A DNA stretch of 64,000 bases, from positions 136,672 to 200,671 of the forward strand of contig CAWGIE010000011.1 of assembly GCA_963822585.1 (NCBI GenBank). Direction: 5' to 3'. The position numbers were made by a program, and so were the translations under genes. Positions 51,431 through 60,593 of this stretch are shown here, in pieces; within the stretch, counting starts at the first letter, position 1; each line of letters starts with the position of its first letter. The notes beneath the pieces are model-generated. The model worked only from the letters and a program-made list of their open reading frames with translations, ran no database searches and was not told where the DNA came from. This DNA is from an uncultured bacterium. GTDB taxonomy: Bacteria; Auribacterota; Erginobacteria; Erginobacterales; Erginobacteraceae.

Positions 51431-52896
51431 CTATCGGAGGGGGGAATCTCCGGGGAGGGGGGGAAATGCAGGGTCAGGCTGGTCCCGCGGCCGGGATCGC
51501 TGCGCACTGAAATCGTCCCTCCATGGAGGGACATGATCGACCGCACGATCGAGAGACCGAGGCCCATCCCCTGGGGATAGAGGCCGCGCGCGCCATCGGC
51601 GCGATAGAAGCGATCGAAAACCCGGGGAAGATCCTCCGCGGATATGCCGACGCCGCTGTCGCTCACCGTCACATCCACGGCGCCATCGGGAAGAGAGGCG
51701 ATTTCGACGGTGATCCGGCCGCCGGAGGGGGTGTACTGCAAGGCGTTGGCGAGCAGGTTGCTGACCGCCCGCCGGAAGAGCAGCGAATCGGCGGCCAGAT
51801 GCGCTTGCCCCCGCACGCTGACATCAACGCCGTGCTCATCCGCCCAGGGCAGATAGAACTCGCGCACCGCCGCGACTTCTCCGGCAACGTCAAGACGCGC
51901 TTTCCGGATGCTTGTTCCCCGATTATCGGATCGGGAGATGAACAGAAGATTGTCAATCAGACGGGAGAGACGCTGATATTCTTCCATGCTCGATTCGATG
52001 ACCTGGCGGTACTCATCCGGGGTGCGCGAGCGGGAGAGGGCGACCTCCGCTTCGCCCCGGAGATTATTGATCGGCGTGCGCAGTTCATGCGCCAGATCGG
52101 CCGAGAAACGGGAAAGACGGGCAAAGGAAGCCTCCAGGCGATTGAGCATCTCGTCGAAAGCCTCGACCAGGGGGACGATCTCCCGCGGCCAGCCCCCGGC
52201 GCCCAGCCGTTCATGCAGATGGGCGGCGCGGATCCGCGCGACGGAGCGCTCGATCTGCTTGAGGGGTTTCAGCCCCTGACGGATCATCCCCAGGGCGGCA
52301 ACGGAAGGGACAACAATCCCCAGCAAGAGAACCATGAACGCGTTCCGGCGGTAATCGGCGAGCAGAGTATTCTCCGGGGATATATCGAGCGCCACCTGGA
52401 TGACGTACTGGTTTTTGTTTGACGAGGACGCGCTATTTATGCCGGTCGCCAGCAAATAGGGAACTTTTTCCGGCGTGGTATATCTTGCGACCAGAACGGA
52501 GGGGGGGCTCCCCGTGAGAGAGGGAAAACAATCGGAGGGGAGCCGGTTCTCCATCCCGGGGGTGGCGAGAAAAACGCGTCCATCCGGATCACTCAGACGG
52601 ATATAATACCGGGCAAAGTGACCCTCATCCACACCCTGGTGGATTTCCCGATCCAGCAATTCAACCCGATCCTCATTTGGTCTCTGCATCAGGATCTCGC
52701 TGAGAATGTCGACCTCGCTGAATAAGAACTGTTGATTCTTTCTTTCCAGGTACCGGGCGAGCGTCCAATATAAAAAACTGGTGGAAAAGAGCAGCAACCC
52801 GAAGGCCGTCAAAGCATACAGCAGGGCCAGCCGGGCGGTGATCGACCATGATCTTGGAGCACCGGGAGGGGAATTATTTGCGTTCTTCCAGGACAT
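51427..52896 (-). CDS. Heavy-metal-type sensor histidine kinase (CusS/CzcS/IrlS-like)
   Basis: Two [30 protein letters not shown]. Confidence 0.92.
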   Translation of the reverse strand: MSWKNANNSPPGAPRSWSITARLALLYALTAFGLLLFSTSFLYWTLARYLERKNQQFLFSEVDILSEILMQRPNEDRVELLDREIHQGVDEGHFARYYIRLSDPDGRVFLATPGMENRLPSDCFPSLTGSPPSVLVARYTTPEKVPYLLATGINSASSSNKNQYVIQVALDISPENTLLADYRRNAFMVLLLGIVVPSVAALGMIRQGLKPLKQIERSVARIRAAHLHERLGAGGWPREIVPLVEAFDEMLNRLEASFARLSRFSADLAHELRTPINNLRGEAEVALSRSRTPDEYRQVIESSMEEYQRLSRLIDNLLFISRSDNRGTSIRKARLDVAGEVAAVREFYLPWADEHGVDVSVRGQAHLAADSLLFRRAVSNLLANALQYTPSGGRITVEIASLPDGAVDVTVSDSGVGISAEDLPRVFDRFYRADGARGLYPQGMGLGLSIVRSIMSLHGGTISVRSDPGRGTSLTLHFPPSPEIPPSDR

Positions 52897-53548
52897 AGCC
52901 GACTCCGCGGACGGTATGGATCAGCTTGGCGGGAAACGGATCATCCACTTTCCGCCGCAGGCGCCTGATCGCCACGTCCACAACGTTTGTGTCGCTATCG
53001 AAGAACATGTCCCATACCTGTTCGGCGATGATCGTTCGGGAAAGCGGCTCGCCCCGGCGGCGCACCAGAAGCGAAAGCAGAAGAAATTCCTTCGGGGTCA
53101 GATCCAGACGCATACCATTGCGGGCGGCCTTATGCCTCACCAGGTCGATTTCCAGGTCTGCCACCCGTTCGACCTCGGGCTGGCGGCCCGGACCGCGCCG
53201 GAGAATGGACCGCACCCGAGCCAACAGTTCGGAGAAGGCGAACGGCTTGACCAGATAATCATCCGCCCCCAGGTCCAGGCCTTTGACCCGGTCGGGCACC
53301 GTGTCGCGGGCGGTTAAAAAAATGACGGGGGTTTTCTTGCCGGCCCGGCGGGCGGCGGCGAGAACGGACCATCCGTCACGGTCGGGGAGGAGAACATCGA
53401 GGATAATCAGGTCATACTCCTCGGTGAGCGCCAGATGCAACCCGTCTTCTCCCCGCCGGGCCACATCGGCCACAAATCCGCTCTCGGAAAGTCCTTTTTG
53501 CAAATAGGCGGCGGTTTTCCGCTCATCTTCAATTATTAAAATGCGCAT
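52874..53548 (-). CDS. Heavy-metal-type OmpR-family response regulator (CusR/CzcR/IrlR-like)
   Basis: [45 protein letters not shown]. Confidence 0.93.
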   Translation of the reverse strand: MRILIIEDERKTAAYLQKGLSESGFVADVARRGEDGLHLALTEEYDLIILDVLLPDRDGWSVLAAARRAGKKTPVIFLTARDTVPDRVKGLDLGADDYLVKPFAFSELLARVRSILRRGPGRQPEVERVADLEIDLVRHKAARNGMRLDLTPKEFLLLSLLVRRRGEPLSRTIIAEQVWDMFFDSDTNVVDVAIRRLRRKVDDPFPAKLIHTVRGVGYVLEERK

Positions 53549-53637
53549 AGGATTATTATCTCTCCCCATCAGCTTAAAATCAAGCTGGATCAGATACCGG
53601 AACCTGTTTTATCATGTCTCCGGGCCGGTTGCTCAAC

Positions 53638-53675
53638 ATTACCGATTTGTAATCTTCAGGTAATTCTTCGGTAAT
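53638..53675 (+). promoter_or_regulatory. Operator array 4 (between the divergent regulator and HAD-arnT)
   Basis: ATTAC-cgattt-GTAAT-cttcag-GTAAT-tcttcg-GTAAT. Confidence 0.7.
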
Positions 53676-53734
53676 CTGCTCTTGATATATTTATTACTTA
53701 TTTAATATTTGGCTTCTGCAGAATAGGGAAATTT

Positions 53735-53851
53735 GTCATTGCGAGGCCGCAAGGGCGAAGCAATCTCATTTGCGCGGTTATCATCTATTGGATAACAAAA
53801 CGTGGAGATTGCTTCGTCACCCCGAAAGCTTTCGTGGTTCCTCGCAATGAC
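53735..53851. repeat. Palindromic dispersed-repeat-type element
   Basis: GTCATTGCGAGG..CGAAGCAATCTC ... GAGATTGCTTCG..CCTCGCAATGAC nested inverted repeats. Confidence 0.8.
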
Positions 53852-53901
53852 CCGATAGACCCTATTATGCGGAACCCCTATCCTTCGAGATCGGCTGACT
53901 C

Positions 53902-54525
53902 ATGCACAAAGCACTACCGGGAATACGGAGCTTACCCACAAAGGGCCGCGGGCAGATAACCGCGGTCAGGCTGCCTCTGGCGGTTTTGATACTGCTCTCC
54001 CTCCTGCCGGCGGGGTGCGGGTCCCCCGGCGCGGTCAGGAAGACCGAAGAACTCCCCCCCTGCGTGGTGACGGACATCGATCGCACGATAACCGACGGCC
54101 GGTTCCGGATGCGTACCGCACATAAAGTTCCGCTTCCGAGCGCACAAGAAGCCCTGCGGGAAATCGAGGCGGACGGTGTCAAGATCATCTATCTGAGCAA
54201 GCGTCTCGAATGGAAGCGAGCCGAAACCGTTGAATGGCTGAAATTATGCGGTTTCCCGCGTGGCGAAGAGATTATTCTCAAAAAAACCAAGCAAGAGGAC
54301 GGGGCTGCGTTCAAGCTGAGGAAACTTGCCGAGATACGGAAAAAGTTTTATATACTTTACGGATTCGGCAATCCCGATGACGGTAAAATCTACCGCCGGG
54401 CCGGGATCAAATCGATTATCCGGGATCCCTGGCGGGACGAAGACTGGGCGAAGGTATCTAAAAATGTGCCCCAGATACTGGAACAGAAATGGAGAGAGCT
54501 TCCGCGGAAAGAGCGCTCGCGTTGA
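53902..54525 (+). CDS. Exported HAD-like phosphatase, paralog B (probable lipoprotein)
   Basis: LPAGC lipobox, VTDIDRTI, GFGNPDD; aligns across the catalytic domain with 38819-39400. Confidence 0.75.
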   Translation: MHKALPGIRSLPTKGRGQITAVRLPLAVLILLSLLPAGCGSPGAVRKTEELPPCVVTDIDRTITDGRFRMRTAHKVPLPSAQEALREIEADGVKIIYLSKRLEWKRAETVEWLKLCGFPRGEEIILKKTKQEDGAAFKLRKLAEIRKKFYILYGFGNPDDGKIYRRAGIKSIIRDPWRDEDWAKVSKNVPQILEQKWRELPRKERSR

Positions 54526-54632
54526 ATCCCATCCTATTAAGGACATTGTCATCAAGATAGCGGCTTTGTTTCCGCATCCGGCTGTAGGATTTTCTGCTCG
54601 AATCTCGATTTAAGCGGCGTATAGTTACGATC

Positions 54633-56336
54633 ATGGAGATGAACACCGTATCACCGAAAACAGGGACCGTGAAGACGCTCATCCCGGCGGTCATCCTTCT
54701 CTTCCTGCTCCTCTACATCGTTCCTCTCGGCCAGCGACCGCTGATCATCCCCGACGAATCCCGCTACGCCGAGATACCCCGGGAGATGCTGGCCTCGGGG
54801 GACTGGATCGTTCCCCGTCTCGACGGCTTCCGCTACTTCGAAAAGCCGGTTCTCGGTTACTGGGCGATCGCGGCGTCAATCGGGACCTTCGGAGAAAACG
54901 CCTTCGCCGTCCGGCTGCCCTCCGCCTTGAGCGCCGGGGCCGCGGCGGTGATCATCTTTATTCTGCTTGCCCGTTTCGGACGCGGCGCGCGGGCGGGGTT
55001 TCTGGCCGCGGCGGCATACCTTACCTCCCTGGAGGTCTTTGCCGTCGGGACCGTTACTGTTCTTGACAGCCTTTTTACTCTGTTCATAACCGCGGCCATG
55101 GCCGCCTTCTTTCTCGCCTACCGGAAGGAGAGACCCGGGAACCGGTCGCGCTTGCTGATTTCGGGGGGCATCTTTGCCGGGCTGGCTTTCCTGACCAAGG
55201 GATTTATCGCCTTCGCCATCCCGGTGATCGTAATTGTCCCCTACATGCTCTGGGAACGGCGGGGGAGAGAACTGTTCCGCAGCTGCTGGGTGCCGGTTCT
55301 GGCGGCCGGCCTGATCGCGCTCCCCTGGGCCGTGCTCATCCATCTGCGGGAACCCGATTTCTGGAATTATTTTTTCTGGACCGAACACATCCGGCGTTTT
55401 CTGAGCAGCGAGCCCCAGCATCCCGAACCGGTCTGGTTCTTCCTTCCCACCATCATCTGGGGAGCGCTGCCCGGGAGCACACTTCTTCCGGCGGCGGTCT
55501 CGGGGTTGGCCGGGAAACGCCTCCGGGACCCGCTGCTCCGGTATGCGGCCTGCTGGTTTTTTCTCCCTTTTATCCTCTTCTCCCTCTCCCGGGGCAAACT
55601 CGAGACCTATATTCTTCCCTGCTTCCCCCCCCTGATCATCCTTCTGGTAGCGGGCACTCTTGATTATTTCGCCGCCGGGAAGAAAAAAATGTTCACCGTC
55701 GGCGCTACGGTCCTGGGGATACTGTTGATCATCCTCGCCGCCGGCCTGGTCGTCATCCAGGCGACCGGGTTCCCGGTCCACAGATTTTTTAACCGGTCGG
55801 AGAACTGGAAATGGATTATCGCGGTGGCCGGTTTTCTGATCTGGGCCCTCGGCTTGATACTTTCAATTCGGCAAAAATGGTCTTTTAAAAAACTACTCCT
55901 TTTTCTCCTGGCGCCGGTATTTCTTCTCTTCATTTCTCACTATATTTTCCCGGAAGGGAGTAAGGAGGAAAAAGCCCCGGAATATTTTCTCCGCGAGCAT
56001 CAATACCTGGTTACTCCGGAGACGATCCTTGTCTCCGACGGCTACTCTGCTCCCGCTCTCTGCTGGTTTTATGACCGCGCTGACGTGCGGCTGCTCGAGT
56101 ATCCCGGCGAACTGGACTATGGGATTACCTATGCTGACGCGGAGGGGAGGTTTTTAACCTTCGAGCAATTCCGCCAGTTGGCAGGCGGGGCCAAGGGCCC
56201 CCAAAACATCGTCCTCTTTCTGGACAGCGAACGCTTTGGAGAATGCTCGGGCCGACTGCCCCCGGCAACCGCCGTTGTGACCGGCAACGGTTTCACGCTG
56301 GCCCGGTTCGAGCCTCCTCAAAAAACGCCCCATTAA
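54633..56336 (+). CDS. arnT: Lipid A 4-amino-4-deoxy-L-arabinose transferase-like
   Basis: PDESRYAEIPREMLASGDW, YFEKP, FLTKG, EHIRRF, KLETYILPC, GELDYG. Confidence 0.88.
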   Translation: MEMNTVSPKTGTVKTLIPAVILLFLLLYIVPLGQRPLIIPDESRYAEIPREMLASGDWIVPRLDGFRYFEKPVLGYWAIAASIGTFGENAFAVRLPSALSAGAAAVIIFILLARFGRGARAGFLAAAAYLTSLEVFAVGTVTVLDSLFTLFITAAMAAFFLAYRKERPGNRSRLLISGGIFAGLAFLTKGFIAFAIPVIVIVPYMLWERRGRELFRSCWVPVLAAGLIALPWAVLIHLREPDFWNYFFWTEHIRRFLSSEPQHPEPVWFFLPTIIWGALPGSTLLPAAVSGLAGKRLRDPLLRYAACWFFLPFILFSLSRGKLETYILPCFPPLIILLVAGTLDYFAAGKKKMFTVGATVLGILLIILAAGLVVIQATGFPVHRFFNRSENWKWIIAVAGFLIWALGLILSIRQKWSFKKLLLFLLAPVFLLFISHYIFPEGSKEEKAPEYFLREHQYLVTPETILVSDGYSAPALCWFYDRADVRLLEYPGELDYGITYADAEGRFLTFEQFRQLAGGAKGPQNIVLFLDSERFGECSGRLPPATAVVTGNGFTLARFEPPQKTPH

Positions 56337-56793
56337 CCTGTTGCCTCGTCATTTCCCCGATGGCCATGGGTCCGCCCTCCGGCGGGCAATAATTTCGTGT
56401 AATCCTTCGGCTACGCTCAGGACAAGTTTCGCGTAATTCGTAGTTTTATTGAGTTGCCCGAGCGAAGCGAGGGCTAAGTTCTGTGCTGTCGTCATCGGTT
56501 GAACGAGACCCCCCTCTTTCTCCGGCCATCCAGAACCGGAGATTCTTCTATCGTCTTCGATACCCCATCAATGGTACAGTATCCCGGAATCTAATCGTGT
56601 CTTCGATAATAAATTCCAAAGGGACGGAATCAATGGAGTATCGGGGTGGCGAATGAAGAAAATGGCAAAACGGGCAGGGTTCTCTCGGTCCACCACCCCA
56701 TCGCTCCATCATTCCATTATTCCGTTTTTGTTATACTGATATTATTACCCGAGGGATATACTTGATCATCCCCTCAACAACGCTCGATAAACC

Positions 56794-57867
56794 ATGAGGA
56801 TTCTCGACCGCTACATCCTGAGGAAGTTCTTCGTCCCTTTCATCTATTGCATGCTCTCCTTCATCATGCTCTTCATCATCGGGGACCTCTTCGAGAACCT
56901 GGACGATTTTCTCCAGACTTCCCACTGGTTCATCGTCATCGTCAAGTACTACCTGCTCTTCATCCCCTCCACCATCAGCTATATCTGCGCCATCGCCGTC
57001 CTTCTGGCCCTCCTCTCCTCTCTCGGGCTTTTGAAGAAACATAATGAGATCTCGGCCATGAGATCGGCGGGGATCAGCATTTACCGGGTGGGGGCACCGC
57101 TGCTCCTGACGACTTTCCTGATCAGCCTGGGGGTCCTCTATATCAATGAGAAGATCGTCCCCCGCACCCTCCGGGAGAGCCAGCTGCTCAAGGAAGCACA
57201 GGCCGGTGTCACCTTCGAGGAGGTCCTGAAAAACGTCACCTATCTTAACCGTTCCACCAACCGGACCTTTTTCTTCGAGACGTTCCGCCCCGAAAAAAAC
57301 ACCGGCCAGGGGGTCACCATCCATGAACTGCGGGCGGATGGGAAACCATTCCGCCGGATCAGCGCCCGGGAAGCAGCCTGGCTGGACGATCGCTGGTGGC
57401 TCTTTGACGGGGTCATCTATACCTATCCCCTGCACGACATCCCGATCAAGAAAAACCTGACCAAGGAATCGTTCGACTTCGAAGTCCGCCCGGTCGACCT
57501 GCTGCAGAGCAAGAAAGAGTTCGCCTACCTCGGGTACCTGGAACTGAAGGATTCGCTGGACCGGAAAGCCGGTTTCCCGGCCGTCATCCTGCGGCCGATC
57601 CTGGTCGAACTCCACCAGAAACTCGCCCTCCCTCTCTCCTGCCTGGTCATGGGGCTGCTGGGGGTGACGTTCGGCCTGAAAGCCGGCCGGGGGGGTATGC
57701 TGGCCGGCGTCGGCATCAGCCTGGCTTTGGGTTTTCTCTACTATGCCTTTTATTCGATTACCGGGGCACTGGGCAACCAGGGATACCTGGCCCCCTGGCT
57801 GGCTGCCTGGGCCGCCAACATCGTCTTCGGAGCGATCGGGCTCTTCCTCTTTCTCCGTCTCCACTAA
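56794..57867 (+). CDS. lptG: LPS export permease LptG
   Basis: MRILDRYI, KHNEISAMRSAG, KLALPL, LAPWLAAWAAN. Confidence 0.88.
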   Translation: MRILDRYILRKFFVPFIYCMLSFIMLFIIGDLFENLDDFLQTSHWFIVIVKYYLLFIPSTISYICAIAVLLALLSSLGLLKKHNEISAMRSAGISIYRVGAPLLLTTFLISLGVLYINEKIVPRTLRESQLLKEAQAGVTFEEVLKNVTYLNRSTNRTFFFETFRPEKNTGQGVTIHELRADGKPFRRISAREAAWLDDRWWLFDGVIYTYPLHDIPIKKNLTKESFDFEVRPVDLLQSKKEFAYLGYLELKDSLDRKAGFPAVILRPILVELHQKLALPLSCLVMGLLGVTFGLKAGRGGMLAGVGISLALGFLYYAFYSITGALGNQGYLAPWLAAWAANIVFGAIGLFLFLRLH

Positions 57868-57955
57868 CAGTTTTCGGTTGTTTCTTCCGCCCGGATGCAG
57901 TATTTTCCCCGTCTATTGAACAAATAAACCACGTACAACCCGGGAGTAATAGATC

Positions 57956-59362
57956 ATGAGTAAGAAAACGGATTATAAAATCAAAGACATCGGCCTGGCC
58001 GAATTCGGGCGCAAAGAGATCGAGATCGCCGAGAAGGAAATGCCCGGCCTGATGTCCACCCGGAGGAAGTACGGACCGGAAAAACCGCTGCAGGGGAAGA
58101 GGATCACGGGCAGCCTGCACATGACCATCCAGACCGCCGTTCTGATCGAGACCCTGAAGGATCTGGGAGCGGACGTCCGCTGGTGCTCCTGCAACATCTT
58201 CTCCACCCAGGACCATGCCGCCGCCGCCATCGCCGCCGCCGGCATCCCGGTCTTCGCCTGGAAAGGTGAGACCCTGGCTGAATACTGGGAGTGCACCCGC
58301 CGGGCCCTGACCTGGCCGGATGGAAAGGGACCGCATCTGGTAGTTGACGACGGGGGCGACGCCACCCTGATGATTCACCGGGGCTACGCGGCGGAGAATG
58401 ATCCCGCCGTTCTGGAGAGACCGGCGGACGGAGAAGACGAAGCCGAGCTGAACCGGCTCCTGAATAAAATTCTCGAGCAGGATCCCGGCCGGTGGCACCG
58501 GGTAGCCGATGAATGGATCGGGGTCTCGGAGGAGACAACGACCGGCGTCAATCGTCTCTATCAGATGAAGGAACGGGAGGAGCTGCTGGTCGCGGCCATC
58601 AACGTCAACGACTCGGTCACCAAGTCAAAATTCGACAACCTCTACGGCTGCCGGGAATCGCTGGCCGACGGGATCAAGCGGGCGACCGACGTCATGGTGG
58701 CCGGCAAAGTAGCCCTGATCTGCGGATACGGCGACGTGGGCAAGGGCTCGGCCCAGTCGCTCCGGGGGCTGGGGGCACGGGTGATCGTGACCGAGATCGA
58801 TCCCATCTGCGCCCTCCAGGCCGCGATGGCGGGGTACCGGGTGGCCACGGTGGACGATGTCCTCCCGATCGCCAATATCTACGTCACGGCGTCGGGGAAC
58901 CGGGACGTCATCACCGCCGAACACATGTCGAAGATGAAGGACCAGGCGATCGTCTGCAATATCGGCCACTTCGACAACGAGATTCAGGTCAGCCGCCTGG
59001 AAAAGTGGCCCGGGATCAAGAAGGTCAACATCAAGCCGCAGGTGGATAAATATATCTTCCCCGACGGCCACGCGATATTCCTGCTGGCGGAAGGGCGGCT
59101 GGTCAACCTGGGCTGCGCGACCGGCCACCCCAGCTTCGTGATGAGCAACTCGTTCACCAACCAGACCCTGGCCCAGATCGACCTGGCGCTCAACCCGAAG
59201 AAACCCGGGGTTTACACCCTCTCCAAGAAGCTGGATGAGGAGGTCGCCCGCCTCCATCTCAAGCAGCTGGGCATCCATCTCACCGAGCTGACGAAGGAGC
59301 AGGCCGAGTACCTGGGTGTCCCGGTCGGCGGACCGTACAAGCCCGAGCATTACCGGTATTGA
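57956..59362 (+). CDS. ahcY: Adenosylhomocysteinase
   Basis: [40 protein letters not shown]. Confidence 0.98.
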   Translation: MSKKTDYKIKDIGLAEFGRKEIEIAEKEMPGLMSTRRKYGPEKPLQGKRITGSLHMTIQTAVLIETLKDLGADVRWCSCNIFSTQDHAAAAIAAAGIPVFAWKGETLAEYWECTRRALTWPDGKGPHLVVDDGGDATLMIHRGYAAENDPAVLERPADGEDEAELNRLLNKILEQDPGRWHRVADEWIGVSEETTTGVNRLYQMKEREELLVAAINVNDSVTKSKFDNLYGCRESLADGIKRATDVMVAGKVALICGYGDVGKGSAQSLRGLGARVIVTEIDPICALQAAMAGYRVATVDDVLPIANIYVTASGNRDVITAEHMSKMKDQAIVCNIGHFDNEIQVSRLEKWPGIKKVNIKPQVDKYIFPDGHAIFLLAEGRLVNLGCATGHPSFVMSNSFTNQTLAQIDLALNPKKPGVYTLSKKLDEEVARLHLKQLGIHLTELTKEQAEYLGVPVGGPYKPEHYRY

Positions 59363-59774
59363 GTAAACCGCCCGGCTCGGAGCTGCCGAGCTCTTCCCCG
59401 GTCTCCGCATCGGCGAAGAGAGCTGAGCGGGGAGGAACGGCGGCGGAGCCGTCGGGTGATGATGCGCTGATAGTCCGGAATCAAGATTAAACGCTTAGAC
59501 ATCGGCTTGATACCCGGTAAAGACATCAACATGTCAGCCCGGGATTTTCCGTCTGAAGCCCAACAGGTACCCCGGGGATCATGTCATTCACCCCACCCCC
59601 ACCACCCCTCATCTTGACCTGCGCCCTTTCCTTTTGGCGTATAACGTATCTCGCATTTCGCGATAAGCATCATCAAGCCACGCAGGTCGGCCCCGGAAAG
59701 CGGCGTTTGAGGCACCGCTGGAAATGCCTTGCCGGTGGTCTCCCCACAGGTATATCTTATTATGGGTAAAGGCG

Positions 59775-60593
59775 ATGGAGAACAAGACGAAAACGTTTAT
59801 CGCGCCTGAGAACGCGGGAGAGCTCTTTTCATTCGTGGGGAAGACAGAGGAACGATACGCCTTTGTCGCGGGAGGCGTTTCGGTCAACTGGCACGGCAAT
59901 GCCGTCCCCGTCCTGATCTCCCTGGAACATATCCTCGACCGCGGCGTGGCCGAAGAACCGGAAGCGATCAGAATCGGGGCGGGGATAACCTTGACCGCGG
60001 TGGAGGAGATGGGCGACTTCGGTTATCCGGTCCTGGCGGCTCTCCGCCAGGCAGCCGCCGTGGTGGCCTCCCCCCAGATACGGAACATGGCGACCCTCGG
60101 CGGCAACCTGCTTTCCCACTTCGATTTTTCCGACACTCTCGGCTTTATTTACCTTATGGAACCGGCAATCGAAGTCCTGGAACCGAGCGGCGCGCGCCGA
60201 GCTCTCTTTCGGGATTTTCTCAATGATCAAGGGAGCTTTACCCGGCAAAAGGGAGTGATCGTGAACGCCTTTTTGTTTCCGAAAGAAAAATTGGAACGGT
60301 ACCGGGATGCTTGCTACGTCAAAGAGTCACGGGTCGGACGCGATATCGCCACCATCAACCTCACGATTCTGCGACATGCCGAAAAAGAAGCCTACGATCT
60401 GGCCGTAGGATGCTGCTGGCCGACCCTGCAGCTTTTTCGCGGCGCGGAGGGGATGGAGGACATCCGGGGCCGGATAGCCCGTCTCGACCTGCCACCGAAA
60501 ACCGACAACCGGGCCACGACCGAATACCGACGAGTCATTCTGCCGGTTCTGATAGAGAGAGGACTGAAACAATGCCGGACGTCATCAGGTTGA
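59775..60593 (+). CDS. Xanthine dehydrogenase-family FAD-binding subunit
   Basis: VAGG, IRIGA, ASPQIRNMATLGGNL, DNRATTEYR. Confidence 0.85.
   Translation: MENKTKTFIAPENAGELFSFVGKTEERYAFVAGGVSVNWHGNAVPVLISLEHILDRGVAEEPEAIRIGAGITLTAVEEMGDFGYPVLAALRQAAAVVASPQIRNMATLGGNLLSHFDFSDTLGFIYLMEPAIEVLEPSGARRALFRDFLNDQGSFTRQKGVIVNAFLFPKEKLERYRDACYVKESRVGRDIATINLTILRHAEKEAYDLAVGCCWPTLQLFRGAEGMEDIRGRIARLDLPPKTDNRATTEYRRVILPVLIERGLKQCRTSSG

Noticed and set aside
57868..57955. SAH riboswitch upstream of ahcY
   Set aside because: No recognisable conserved motif or structure by eye; an Rfam scan would be needed.
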